From Pseudobdellovibrionaceae bacterium (lineage in GTDB: Bacteria > Bdellovibrionota > Bdellovibrionia > Bdellovibrionales > Bdellovibrionaceae), in contig CANBND010000001.1 of assembly GCA_947370945.1 (NCBI GenBank), positions 1 to 39,688 of the forward strand: 39,688 nucleotides of DNA. Direction: 5' to 3'. A program made the position numbers and the translations under genes. Every line of letters begins with the position of its first letter. The stretch's first letter is position 1. This document shows positions 9,326 through 19,386 of this stretch, one piece after another. The notes beneath the pieces were generated by a model that saw only the letters and a program-made list of their open reading frames with translations, was not told where the DNA came from and made no database searches.

Positions 9326-10252
9326 ATGAAAATAACAAAAATGACTCTCGCGCAGAAAAACAAAATCAATAAATTTGCCTTGTACGGGTTGATTTTATTT
9401 GTCGCATTTACAATTGCGGATCTGACCATCATATATTACCGCGATCGCTTGTTGCCAGATCAAGCTCCGCCCAAAAAAGCCATCAAAATGGATTCATTCC
9501 AAAACAACGATCGCAGCCAATATTCCGTGATTACATCCCGAAATTTATTCTCTTCAAAAAGCGAAATCCCCGATGCTCTAAAGGCCAAAGACGACGGCTC
9601 AAAGAAAAAAAATGATGACCCCGTTCCTTCGGCGCTGCCAATTACTCTGATCGGAACATTAGTTCACACGGACCCTTTGAAATCTGTCGCTGCTGTTGAA
9701 ATTAAATCTAAAAACATGTCTGGATCATTTACCGTGGGTGCTGAAATGGAAGGTCTTGCGAAATTGGAAAAAGTCGAGCGCGGAATTATTTATTTCAGAA
9801 ATTTAAATAACGGAGCGCTTGAATATATTGAAATGAACAAAGGAAATTCGAAGGTTTCGTTTGATAACGCAAAAGCGGCGCAGACAGTTTCACCTACTTC
9901 GGGCAAAGAAATTCAAAATGTGGGAAATAACACATTCAAAGTTAAGCGTGCAGATTTAAATAAATACTTAAACGACATGAGCAGTTTATTAATGCAAGCC
10001 CGCGCTTTACCGAATCGTGATCCGAATACGGGTGAAATTAATGGTTATCGTTTTGTGGATTTTCAACCCGGAAGTATTTTTGAACAGCTGGGGATTAAGC
10101 GCGGCACTTTAATTAAATCAGCCAATGGCGTTCAAATTAATAGTATTCAATCAGCCATGGAAGCATTTAATAATTTTAAAACTGCAAATAATATTAAACT
10201 TGGTGTTGAATCAGATGGTTCTGATCAAGTCATGAATTACAATATTGAATAA
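9326..10252 (+). CDS. gspC: Type II secretion system protein C (TM + HR + PDZ)
   Basis: N-terminal TM helix, RNLF, ITLIGT HR domain, C-terminal PDZ (PGSIFEQLGIKRG). First gene of the gsp operon. Confidence 0.9.
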   Translation: MKITKMTLAQKNKINKFALYGLILFVAFTIADLTIIYYRDRLLPDQAPPKKAIKMDSFQNNDRSQYSVITSRNLFSSKSEIPDALKAKDDGSKKKNDDPVPSALPITLIGTLVHTDPLKSVAAVEIKSKNMSGSFTVGAEMEGLAKLEKVERGIIYFRNLNNGALEYIEMNKGNSKVSFDNAKAAQTVSPTSGKEIQNVGNNTFKVKRADLNKYLNDMSSLLMQARALPNRDPNTGEINGYRFVDFQPGSIFEQLGIKRGTLIKSANGVQINSIQSAMEAFNNFKTANNIKLGVESDGSDQVMNYNIE

Positions 10253-10262
10253 GAGGTCAAGG

Positions 10263-12620
10263 ATGACGTTAAAAAAATGTTTATTGAATTCAACAATCGT
10301 AGCCAGCTTTTTGGCTTCGCAGCTTGTGGCTTCGCATTCATTTGCTCAGTTTGAAGATTTCCCGCCTCCTCCGCCAATTGATGATTTTGCGGCACCGCCA
10401 GCTCCTCCTGTTGGTAGTGGTGGCGTGCCAGGAGTAAAAAACGCAATGCCAGTTCCCGCTATTGGGCGTGGAACAACTCCTGCTCCCAATTTACCAACGC
10501 AAGTTATTAAGCCTATCAATAAAAATGCTAAGTCTTCGATTTTAACTGAAAAACAAAAAGAGAAATTTTCGAAAGCCGGCGCCGAAGACATCACTTCAGA
10601 AAATTTTCCGGAAACTATTGAATCGTTTGATTTTCCGAATGTTGAAATCACAGATATTATTAAAGCGATTTCTGAATTAACTGGAAAAAACTTTATTATC
10701 GATTCAACCGTTCGTGGTAAAATTACAGTTTTAGCACCCAGTAAAATTACTGTCGCCGAAGCTTACAAGGCATTTTTATCTGCCCTTGCTATCAATGGTT
10801 TCACGGTTGTACCAAGTGGTGGTTTTTTAAAAATCAGAAATGCCAGATCTGCACAACGTGATGGAATCGATATTTATTCTGGCAGTTATTATCCAAATGC
10901 CGATCAGATGATTACTAAAGTCGTTCACATGAAACATATTTCGGCTGAAGAATTAAAAACAAAATTAGCACGTTTGCTGAATTCAAGTTACGGCGAAATG
11001 GAAGCGAACCCGCAAACCAATTCATTAATTATTTCAGATTTTGGATCAAGCATTGATCGCATCATGAAAATTATTAATCAATTGGATGTTCCGGGGTTCG
11101 AGGAACAGCTTGAAGTTGTTGGCATTAAGTACGCGAAAGCAAAAGACATTGCGGATTTAATTGATAAGGTCGTTAACAAGGGTCAGAAATCATCATCAAG
11201 CAGTGGCGGATTCAATGCGGGCGTTCCTCGATTTTCATCTGCAGGCGGTTCAAGTGGTAGCGGCGGAAAAATGGGCGGTATCAGTTCATTTATGGTTTTC
11301 CCCGATGACCGTACGAATTCACTGATTATTGTCGGCAACAAAGCTGGCATCGGTCGTGTTCGTAAATTAGTTTCGCAATTGGATTTTAAAGTCTCGGCCG
11401 AAAGCCAAGGCGGCGTTTATGTTTATTATGTAAAATACGGCGAAGCTGAAAAAATCGCATCGACCTTATCTGAAGTCGCCAAAGATTCAACGCCAAAAGC
11501 TGCGCCCACGACAGGTGGTTTTGGTTTTGCTCCGCAAGGTCAAGCCGCCGTTCGCGAAGGTGTTTTTGGCGGCGAAGTTTCAATTAAGGCCGACAAGAAT
11601 ACAAATGCTTTAGTTGTCTCGGCCAGTAAAAATGATTACGAAAAAGTTTTAAGTATTTTAGCAAAATTAGATATTCCGCGCGATCAAGTTTTTGTTGAAG
11701 CGATCATTATGGAAATGTCGATCAATGATGGCTATAGTTCAAGTGGTGGTTTAGTAAAATTCGATTCCACCGGAGCTAAAGCCGGCTTTGCAGGATCGTC
11801 GACAGATATCACAGATGTATTGAGTCCCTTATCAGGCGCCGGAAATGCAATCTTAGGTTTTTCATCGGGGTCAATTAATGTTCCCTTGGATATTACGAAC
11901 CCCTCAAAGGGCACAACAGCAGTTCCAAATTTATTAGGTTATTTAAAATTTATTAAGCAATTTGGTAAAACAAATATTTTATCGACTCCGCAAATCACAG
12001 CCACTGATGCTCAGAGCGCAACGATTGAAGTCGGTGACAAAGTTGTAACCCGCGCAATCACAACTCCGGGCGCGAATGGAACTCCGAATTCAACACAACC
12101 CGAATTTGACGATGCAACAATTAAATTAACAATCAAACCCTTTATCAGCCCTGCATCTGAAACAATTCGAATGGAATTTAAACAAACCGTAAAGCAACTT
12201 TCAAATGTTCCGGTCCCCTCTGACTTCAATGGCAAAGTTCAGCCACTGGCAACAAGGTCAATTGAAACAAATGTTGTTCTACATAATGGCGACACCGCTG
12301 TTATCGGTGGATTGATGAAAGACGAAGAATCTGAAGTTGTTAAAAAAGTTCCAATTTTAGGAGACCTTCCAATTTTAGGTTGGTTTTTTAAATCCAAAGA
12401 TTCAAGTAAGCGCAAAGTCAATATGTTGGTCTTTTTGTCTCCAAAAATTTTACGAAATCCTGCGGATCAACAACGACTATTGACTGAAAAAACAAATGAG
12501 AGGCTAAGATTTCTGAAACAAAACGGCGGTAAAGATCCTTATGGATCAACTGTTGATAAAATTTTAAAACGAGAAGCCCGTACTCCGCAATCCATCACAC
12601 AACCAACGATTAAAAAATAA
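10263..12620 (+). CDS. gspD: Type II secretion system secretin
   Basis: Signal peptide from the ATG at 10263 (GAGG SD), N0 domain (ISELTGKNFIID...VRGKI), repeated TNSLII N domains, LDIPRDQVFVEAIIME, VPILGDLPILGWFF. Confidence 0.95.
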   Translation: MTLKKCLLNSTIVASFLASQLVASHSFAQFEDFPPPPPIDDFAAPPAPPVGSGGVPGVKNAMPVPAIGRGTTPAPNLPTQVIKPINKNAKSSILTEKQKEKFSKAGAEDITSENFPETIESFDFPNVEITDIIKAISELTGKNFIIDSTVRGKITVLAPSKITVAEAYKAFLSALAINGFTVVPSGGFLKIRNARSAQRDGIDIYSGSYYPNADQMITKVVHMKHISAEELKTKLARLLNSSYGEMEANPQTNSLIISDFGSSIDRIMKIINQLDVPGFEEQLEVVGIKYAKAKDIADLIDKVVNKGQKSSSSSGGFNAGVPRFSSAGGSSGSGGKMGGISSFMVFPDDRTNSLIIVGNKAGIGRVRKLVSQLDFKVSAESQGGVYVYYVKYGEAEKIASTLSEVAKDSTPKAAPTTGGFGFAPQGQAAVREGVFGGEVSIKADKNTNALVVSASKNDYEKVLSILAKLDIPRDQVFVEAIIMEMSINDGYSSSGGLVKFDSTGAKAGFAGSSTDITDVLSPLSGAGNAILGFSSGSINVPLDITNPSKGTTAVPNLLGYLKFIKQFGKTNILSTPQITATDAQSATIEVGDKVVTRAITTPGANGTPNSTQPEFDDATIKLTIKPFISPASETIRMEFKQTVKQLSNVPVPSDFNGKVQPLATRSIETNVVLHNGDTAVIGGLMKDEESEVVKKVPILGDLPILGWFFKSKDSSKRKVNMLVFLSPKILRNPADQQRLLTEKTNERLRFLKQNGGKDPYGSTVDKILKREARTPQSITQPTIKK

Positions 12621-12622
12621 TT

Positions 12623-14314
12623 ATGGCACAAATGGATATTCCTTTAGTTTTAGTTAAAGCCACAAGTTTAAATGCAGATCAGATCAAATCTGTTCTGCGA
12701 AATCCTGCGACGTCGCGCGCAGCGACTGTTGGCGAAACGCTTTCAAGAAAAGAATATTCAACAGCCGAAGAACTTGTGGCTGAGCTTTGTCGTGAAATGG
12801 GTTTAGATTTTATTCGCGATATTCCAGTCAATGAAATTTCGGCCGATTTGATTCGTGATCTTCCGATCAATTACGCAAAAACCCAAGGCATACTGCCCTA
12901 TCGTGAAGAAGCTGATTGCGTTGTTTTGTTAACATCAAACCCCTTAAATACAAAAGCGATGGACGATGTGCGCGTGATTTTCGGAAAACGCATTCGCTTA
13001 TTAGTTACGACGACACAAAAATTACAAGATACTATTAATCGTGTTTATGAAAAAAGCACAGCGAATTTAAATGGTATGGATGAGATCGAAGAAGATGAAA
13101 TGGATCTGGAAGATCCAATTATCGATTTACTTGAAGCCGGTGAAGACGATGCGCCCGTGATTAAAATGGTGAATGCGGTTTTATTTCGTGCTGTGAAAGA
13201 AAAAGCTTCTGATATTCATATCGAGCCGTACGAGAAAGAAATGGTCGTACGTTATCGCACCGATGGTCAATTGTACGATGTTTTTAAACCACCTAAAAAA
13301 TTACAAAATGCAATTACTTCCAGAATCAAAGTTATGGCCAATTTAAATATCGCTGAAAAACGATTGCCCCAAGATGGTCGAATTCCGCTGAAAGTTGGCG
13401 GTAAAGATATTGATATTCGTTTATCAACAGTGCCCACAACATTCGGTGAACGTATGGTGATGCGTCTGCAAGATAAATCCAGTCAAACCCGCGAATTACA
13501 TCAAATGGGTTTTTCCGAAGACACGATGACAGTCTTAAATGATTTGATCGAAAGATCATATGGAATTTTAATTGTGACCGGCCCCACAGGTTCTGGAAAA
13601 TCCACAACATTGTACGGATGCGTTTCAAAATTAAATAAACCCGATATTAATATTTTAACTGTCGAAGATCCCGTCGAACAACGGATTCAGGGCGTCGGTC
13701 AAGTTCAAGTGAATGCAAAAATTGGTTTAACTTTCGCTGCAGGACTGCGTTCGTTTCTTCGTCAAGATCCAGATATTATTATGGTCGGAGAAATACGCGA
13801 TTTAGAAACTGCAGAGCTTGCGATCAACTCATCATTAACGGGCCATTTGGTTCTGTCTACGATCCATGCCAATGATGCTGCTGGTGCTTTTCCTCGTTTG
13901 ATGGATATTGGTGCTGAACCTTTTTTAATTGCAACTTCAGTTTTAGGAATTTTAGCACAAAGACTTGTCAGGGTATTGTGTCCGCATTGTAAAGTTCCTT
14001 ATGCACCCAGTGATTTTGAATTACAAACCATTGGTATCACCAAAGAACAAATGAAAAATTCAAATGTGTGCAGAGCTATGGGCTGTGAACATTGCGGACA
14101 AAAAGGTTACTTAGGCAGAACACTGATCGCTGAAGTGTTACCCGTCACTGATGATATCAAATCTTTGATCATGCAAAAACGTGACAGCGGAGCCATCAAA
14201 AAACAAGCGATCGCCAACGGCATGAAAACATTCCGCGATCATGGCATTCAAAAAGTATTGGCCGGAACAACAACAATCGAAGAATTATTATCAAACACTC
14301 AAATTGATTTATGA
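12623..14314 (+). CDS. gspE: Type II secretion ATPase
   Basis: ASDIHIEP, RLPQDGR, Walker A GPTGSGKS, TVEDPVE, LRQDPD, CPHC...CEHC zinc motif. Confidence 0.96.
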   Translation: MAQMDIPLVLVKATSLNADQIKSVLRNPATSRAATVGETLSRKEYSTAEELVAELCREMGLDFIRDIPVNEISADLIRDLPINYAKTQGILPYREEADCVVLLTSNPLNTKAMDDVRVIFGKRIRLLVTTTQKLQDTINRVYEKSTANLNGMDEIEEDEMDLEDPIIDLLEAGEDDAPVIKMVNAVLFRAVKEKASDIHIEPYEKEMVVRYRTDGQLYDVFKPPKKLQNAITSRIKVMANLNIAEKRLPQDGRIPLKVGGKDIDIRLSTVPTTFGERMVMRLQDKSSQTRELHQMGFSEDTMTVLNDLIERSYGILIVTGPTGSGKSTTLYGCVSKLNKPDINILTVEDPVEQRIQGVGQVQVNAKIGLTFAAGLRSFLRQDPDIIMVGEIRDLETAELAINSSLTGHLVLSTIHANDAAGAFPRLMDIGAEPFLIATSVLGILAQRLVRVLCPHCKVPYAPSDFELQTIGITKEQMKNSNVCRAMGCEHCGQKGYLGRTLIAEVLPVTDDIKSLIMQKRDSGAIKKQAIANGMKTFRDHGIQKVLAGTTTIEELLSNTQIDL

Positions 14315-14330
14315 TAACGAGAAATAACTA

Positions 14331-15551
14331 ATGCCACTGTATGAATATAAAGGCTTAACAAAAGACGGAAAAAACACCAGCGGCACATTGGATTCTGAGA
14401 ATTCAAGAACAGCCCGTCTGAAATTAAAAAAAGACGGCATCTTTGTTGTTGATATCAAAGACAAAAAAAAATCAGGCGCTGTGAAAAAATCTGGGCTCCG
14501 AAAAACTGGAAAAGTTCCCGTCAAAGATCTTGCGTTAATGACTCGTCAACTAGCAACATTAATTAAAGCCAATATTCCGTTGGTCGATGCACTGACCGCA
14601 ATTTCTGAACAAGTCGAAAATCCTATTTTATCCGAAGCCATCAGTGATTGTAAAAACATGGTGAACGAAGGGGTTTCTTTACACAAAGCTTTTTCAAAGT
14701 ATCCCAACGTTTTTGATACGATTTTTGTTTCAATGGCCGAAGCCGGTGAATTATCTGGAACACTGGATGTTATTTTATTACGACTGGCCGAATTTACCGA
14801 AGCGCAAGCAGAATTAAGACAAAAAATTTCTGGAGCCATGACCTACCCGATTATCATGTTGGTTGTGATTACGCTGGTTATTTTTGGTTTATTTACCAAA
14901 GTTCTTCCGGGAATTTTAGAAATTTTTCAAACAATGCCAGATATTGAATTACCAGCGATGACCGTTTTTATTTCTGATGTCAGTAAAATCTTTATCAGTT
15001 ACTGGTACATATTTTTTGGCGGAATTATTATTTCACTATTGGTTTTCTTTAACTGGAAAAATTCAACCGAAGGTCGTAAATCTTGGGATGGTATTTTATT
15101 AAAAATTCCTATCGTTGGTGAGATTGCAAAAATGGTTGCGATCTCTAGGTTCACACGTACACTTTCGACGCTCTTGGCCGGTGGTGTTCCGATGTTAAGC
15201 GCTATGGATATTGTCCGACACGTTGTTGATAATCATGTTCTGGCAATTGCCATTGATGAAGCGCGAAATAATATTTCTGAAGGTGAAACAATCGCCGGTC
15301 CTTTAAAAAAATCAGGGCATTTTCCGCCCATCGTTATTCATATGGTGAATATTGGTGAAAAAACGGGTGACCTTGAAAACATGCTGACCTTGGTCGCGGA
15401 TGCTTATGATTTTCAGGTCAAAGCCAAAGTCGAAACCCTCACATCAGTATTAAATCCGATAATGACTTTATTTATTGGATCAATTATATTTATTGTCATT
15501 ATTGCAGTGATGCTTCCGATGTTTGATATGATGTCAAAATTTGGAAATTAA
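14331..15551 (+). CDS. gspF: Type II secretion inner-membrane platform protein
   Basis: TRQLATL, AGELSGTLD, AMTYP, IGEKTGDLE and three TM segments. Confidence 0.95.
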   Translation: MPLYEYKGLTKDGKNTSGTLDSENSRTARLKLKKDGIFVVDIKDKKKSGAVKKSGLRKTGKVPVKDLALMTRQLATLIKANIPLVDALTAISEQVENPILSEAISDCKNMVNEGVSLHKAFSKYPNVFDTIFVSMAEAGELSGTLDVILLRLAEFTEAQAELRQKISGAMTYPIIMLVVITLVIFGLFTKVLPGILEIFQTMPDIELPAMTVFISDVSKIFISYWYIFFGGIIISLLVFFNWKNSTEGRKSWDGILLKIPIVGEIAKMVAISRFTRTLSTLLAGGVPMLSAMDIVRHVVDNHVLAIAIDEARNNISEGETIAGPLKKSGHFPPIVIHMVNIGEKTGDLENMLTLVADAYDFQVKAKVETLTSVLNPIMTLFIGSIIFIVIIAVMLPMFDMMSKFGN

Positions 15552-15578
15552 TTTTTTAATTTATACGAGGAGATTTTC

Positions 15579-16010
15579 ATGAAACGAAAAAATATTCTTA
15601 ACAATCAAAGTGGTTTTTCGATGATGGAAATCGTTATCGTCGTCGGAATCATCATGGGTTTATTGGCCTTTATCGGACCAAAAATAGCTGACGGTATTAA
15701 AAAATCCAGCCAAAATAAAACAAAAATGATTCTGTCTGAAGTTTCAATGAAAATTGATGAATACATGTCTGAGTGTGGAAAATATCCCGCTTCGCTTTCA
15801 TTTTTAACTGATGATGATTCTTCGTGTAAAAATTGGACAGGAAATCCGAAAATGAAACATCTGATGAAAGATGATTTTAAAAATGATTTGGTTTATGAAA
15901 TTTCAGGAAAAGGTTACGTTTTAAAATCACTGGGCGCCGATAAAAAAGAAGGCGGCACAAGTTATGATAAAGACATTCTGTCTGAAGGATCTGTTGACGC
16001 CGGAGAATAG
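15579..16010 (+). CDS. gspG: Major pseudopilin
   Basis: QSG|FSMME prepilin motif, Pro22, GKYP, SLGADKKEGG...DKDI C-terminus, strong GAGGAG SD, position after gspF. Confidence 0.9.
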   Translation: MKRKNILNNQSGFSMMEIVIVVGIIMGLLAFIGPKIADGIKKSSQNKTKMILSEVSMKIDEYMSECGKYPASLSFLTDDDSSCKNWTGNPKMKHLMKDDFKNDLVYEISGKGYVLKSLGADKKEGGTSYDKDILSEGSVDAGE

Positions 16011-16635
16011 TATTACGACGTCTTTACTTAAAAAAAATGATGGCTTTTCAATGATGGAAATCGTCATTGTCATTGCTATTATTGGCGGGATCATAGCAGC
16101 GATTGTACCGACTCTGACTCGAAAAAAACCGATTTTAATTTCTCAGGTCACACGTGATATTATTATTAAATTCAAACAAGTCCGAAATGCTTCAAAACTT
16201 TACGGAACAACATATCGTTTTGCGTTTCGTCTAACCAAAGACGATCAAGCCTATTGGATCGAAAAATCTGCGAATGTCACCTTGATTGACAAAAAAGTCT
16301 TAGATGCCGACCGCGAAAAAGAAAAAAGCAACTTTAAACCCGATGATAAAGAAGAAAAATCACCCAGTGCATTTCAACCCGACACCACATTTTTTAAAAA
16401 AGAACAAGTTCTAGCCAGTGGATACACATTTAAATCGATCGAAAGCAGCGGGCTTGATGCGGTGTTGACTGATGGCACAGCGTACATTCATTTTTTTCCG
16501 CAAGGCTATATCGAACCCAGTTTGATCCAAATCGAAGATCCCAAAAAAAATATCTGGACACTTGTCTTTAATCCAATCACAGGTCAAGCTGATCTTATTG
16601 CAGAAGCGAAAACGCTCAAAGATTTAAACAGATAA
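15964..16635 (+). CDS. gspH: Minor pseudopilin H (start codon uncertain)
   Basis: DG|FSMME prepilin motif, IHFFPQG, FNPITG; position in operon. Confidence 0.8.
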   Translation: MIKTFCLKDLLTPENSITTSLLKKNDGFSMMEIVIVIAIIGGIIAAIVPTLTRKKPILISQVTRDIIIKFKQVRNASKLYGTTYRFAFRLTKDDQAYWIEKSANVTLIDKKVLDADREKEKSNFKPDDKEEKSPSAFQPDTTFFKKEQVLASGYTFKSIESSGLDAVLTDGTAYIHFFPQGYIEPSLIQIEDPKKNIWTLVFNPITGQADLIAEAKTLKDLNR

Positions 16636-16662
16636 TTTTTTCGTTTTTTTGCAAATAAATAT

Positions 16663-17169
16663 ATGCGTTTAAAAAATACGAAAGCTTTTACTTTAATTGA
16701 AGTCGTTTTAGCCATGATGATCATGGCCTCTGGTTTATTTATTCTGGCGACATCATGGGGTGGAACTTATGGCCGATTGCGAAAAACACAAATTCAAGTT
16801 CAATTAGCGTCTTTACTGGAACGGAAAATTGTTGAAATAGAACGTGAATATAAAAATAAATCTTTAGATTCAATTCCCGAAGAAAAAGAAGACAACTTCG
16901 GCGAAGATCTCCCCGAGTATTCTTGGAAGATGACATCCCAAAAATTAGAATTTCCGAATTTGGCCTCGGTTCTTGAAAGTCAACAAGACGGCGTAAAAAC
17001 GGATTTGGCATCACTGATGAAATTATTCACCGAACATCTTTCGAAATCAGTGAAAGAAATTAAAATTGAAATTACATACAAAGATAAACGAAAACCGATG
17101 ACTGTGGATATCGTTTTTTACATGATCGATTATGACAGACCCCTGCCTATCCCCGGTGGTGCTGGATGA
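16663..17169 (+). CDS. gspI: Minor pseudopilin I
   Basis: KA|FTLIE prepilin motif, EYSW, size and position. Confidence 0.8.
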   Translation: MRLKNTKAFTLIEVVLAMMIMASGLFILATSWGGTYGRLRKTQIQVQLASLLERKIVEIEREYKNKSLDSIPEEKEDNFGEDLPEYSWKMTSQKLEFPNLASVLESQQDGVKTDLASLMKLFTEHLSKSVKEIKIEITYKDKRKPMTVDIVFYMIDYDRPLPIPGGAG

Positions 17170-18041
17170 TTTCAAAAAAATTAAAATCTAAAAAAGCATT
17201 CACATTAATCGAAGTTGTTTTGGCCGTTGCCATTTTAGCATCTCTGTCGATTACAATCGCTTCATCAATTTCACAAGCGCTCAAAGCAAAAAAGAAAATT
17301 CAAGCCGAAGTCAGTGATGTTTCAGGTTTACGTGATACAATGAAAGTTTTGCGTGCCGATATTCATCAAGCTTATAACCATGTTGATTTCGAAAAAGAAA
17401 TTACAGATCTAGTCAGTAAACCCAATCCACAACAAAATGTGGCGGCTGGACAAAATAACGGCCAACAACCGCCCGTAAAACCTCGAGAAAATAAACGCGA
17501 AGACCCTCGCACAGATTTTTGGGGCACGGAAAATAAATTAAATTTTGTCACGATGAACAATGGCCGCATCACTGCCAGCGATTTACAAGCTGATTTCGTC
17601 GAAGTCGGCTATGAATTAAAATCATGCAGAAATTTATCAAAGCCCGAACAAAACAGCCAGTGTTTATATCGCCGCATTCAAAAAATTTTAGACAAAGACA
17701 TCGAAAAAGGTGGCCTTGAAACTGTGATCTTAGAAAACGTTTCAGAATTTAGTTTAAGATACTTGGTCGAAGGCAAAGAAGATTGGGTCAAAGAATGGAA
17801 ATCATCTGGTGGACTCACTAACGCACAATCCACTTCATCCGGCAGGTCCATTTTTCCAGATGCTGTCGAAGTCACACTTGCGATCGAACGCGAATTTGAT
17901 TCTGGCACTGGCTTAAAGAAAAAAAAATATTCTTTACAGTATGTTGTCCCCTTGCATTTTCCGAATAATTTAAAACCTACAAATAATTCGCTACCACAAA
18001 ATGGAATTAACCCAACGGCACCGCCGCCTGTGGGAGGGTAA
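17166..18041 (+). CDS. gspJ: Minor pseudopilin J
   Basis: KA|FTLIE motif, LRADIHQA, EVGYEL, LYRR, WVKEW, PDAVEVTL. Confidence 0.85.
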   Translation: MISKKLKSKKAFTLIEVVLAVAILASLSITIASSISQALKAKKKIQAEVSDVSGLRDTMKVLRADIHQAYNHVDFEKEITDLVSKPNPQQNVAAGQNNGQQPPVKPRENKREDPRTDFWGTENKLNFVTMNNGRITASDLQADFVEVGYELKSCRNLSKPEQNSQCLYRRIQKILDKDIEKGGLETVILENVSEFSLRYLVEGKEDWVKEWKSSGGLTNAQSTSSGRSIFPDAVEVTLAIEREFDSGTGLKKKKYSLQYVVPLHFPNNLKPTNNSLPQNGINPTAPPPVGG

Positions 18042-18043
18042 AA

Positions 18044-19342
18044 ATGTTTTCAAGCTCTTATAAAAAAATTTCCGACCGGCTAAAATATAATCCACTCAAA
18101 CAAAAAAATAAAAAAGGCGTAGCTCTTTTGTTAGCGATCACTTCGATGATTTTAATGGTGTATATTGCCAGCGAAGTTTCTGTTGATTCAACGATTGAAT
18201 ACGCTGTGAATTCACAAGAAATTAATCGCATCAAAGCTTACTACGCAGCCCGTAACAGCGCAGGCATCGCGATGCTTCGAATTAAATTATTTCAACAAGC
18301 CAGCCAAATGCAATTGCCACCGGGCTTTGCCCAAGAGCTTGATCAAATCTGGAAATTCCCGTTTGCTTGGCCATTGCCGATTGGCGATAAAGCCCTATCC
18401 GCCGAAAAAGATGCTCTGGGTGAAACTTTGAAGGCGGCTCTGTTTGATGGTCAATACGAACATTCAATTTCTGACGAAGGCTCAAAAATTGATATTAATG
18501 ATTTAGCATCGCCGTCTAAAACATTGCGTGAAGTGACGAAAAAACAGCTGTTGAATATCTTTGAACAAAAAATAACTGGCGATGAAAAATTTCGCGAACA
18601 ATATCAAAATTATAAATTTTCAGAACTGGTCAATAAAATCACTGATTGGATGAGCGATGTTAATACATCGGCCAACGGCGGCGATAAACGCAGCCCATTT
18701 CAAGAACTGGGCGAAAATTATCCCCCAAACAGAGGCTTTCGAACGATTGATGAACTTCGATTGATACCCGGCATGAGCGAAGAATTTTTTACTTTATTAT
18801 CACCGCACATTACGATTTACGGAATGAAAGCCATCAACCCAAATATCGCAAGCACGATGGTTTTAAAAAGTTTGGACACTGGAATCACCGAAGACGTGAT
18901 CAAAGAAATTTTAAAACGCAGGGACAATCCCGAAGAGGGCGGTCCATTTAAGGGCGCAAGCGCTGACGAGTGCACCAAAGATTTTAAAACATTTATCGAA
19001 GGCCGCGGCGCAAGACTTCAACCCGAGTTCGATCAAATTCCATTTATTTGTGACAAAGTCATCAATTTCAGAATTCAAGCCACAGGCAGATCAGGTTCAG
19101 GCAAAGGTGCTGTTCAGAAAAAAATTAATTTTGTGGTGATGGACATCAATCGTTCTGTCACGCAAATCAAAAGTTTTATTGATAAAGAAAAAAAAGCTGC
19201 TGCTGGAAATCCACAACCACAAATTGACCCCAAAACGGGTTTACCAATTCAGCCCGCACAAACTGGACCAACGTCTGCTGCTCCAAAGCAAGAACCCCTT
19301 CCCAAAGGTCGGCCTCGTGTCGTATACTGGTCAGAGTATTGA
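18044..19342 (+). CDS. gspK: Minor pseudopilin K
   Basis: KG|VALLL (no E5, as expected for GspK), DEGSKIDIN, ITDW, ELRLIPGM, INPNIAS. Confidence 0.9.
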   Translation: MFSSSYKKISDRLKYNPLKQKNKKGVALLLAITSMILMVYIASEVSVDSTIEYAVNSQEINRIKAYYAARNSAGIAMLRIKLFQQASQMQLPPGFAQELDQIWKFPFAWPLPIGDKALSAEKDALGETLKAALFDGQYEHSISDEGSKIDINDLASPSKTLREVTKKQLLNIFEQKITGDEKFREQYQNYKFSELVNKITDWMSDVNTSANGGDKRSPFQELGENYPPNRGFRTIDELRLIPGMSEEFFTLLSPHITIYGMKAINPNIASTMVLKSLDTGITEDVIKEILKRRDNPEEGGPFKGASADECTKDFKTFIEGRGARLQPEFDQIPFICDKVINFRIQATGRSGSGKGAVQKKINFVVMDINRSVTQIKSFIDKEKKAAAGNPQPQIDPKTGLPIQPAQTGPTSAAPKQEPLPKGRPRVVYWSEY

Positions 19343-19386
19343 TGAACCTCTAGTAATTAATATATAAATCACATGAAAAGGATGTC

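Noticed and set aside
9286-9326. Small hairpins upstream of gspC (CCCTA/TAGGG, TGTTGC/GCAACA)
   Set aside because: Too short to support a regulatory structure without conservation data.
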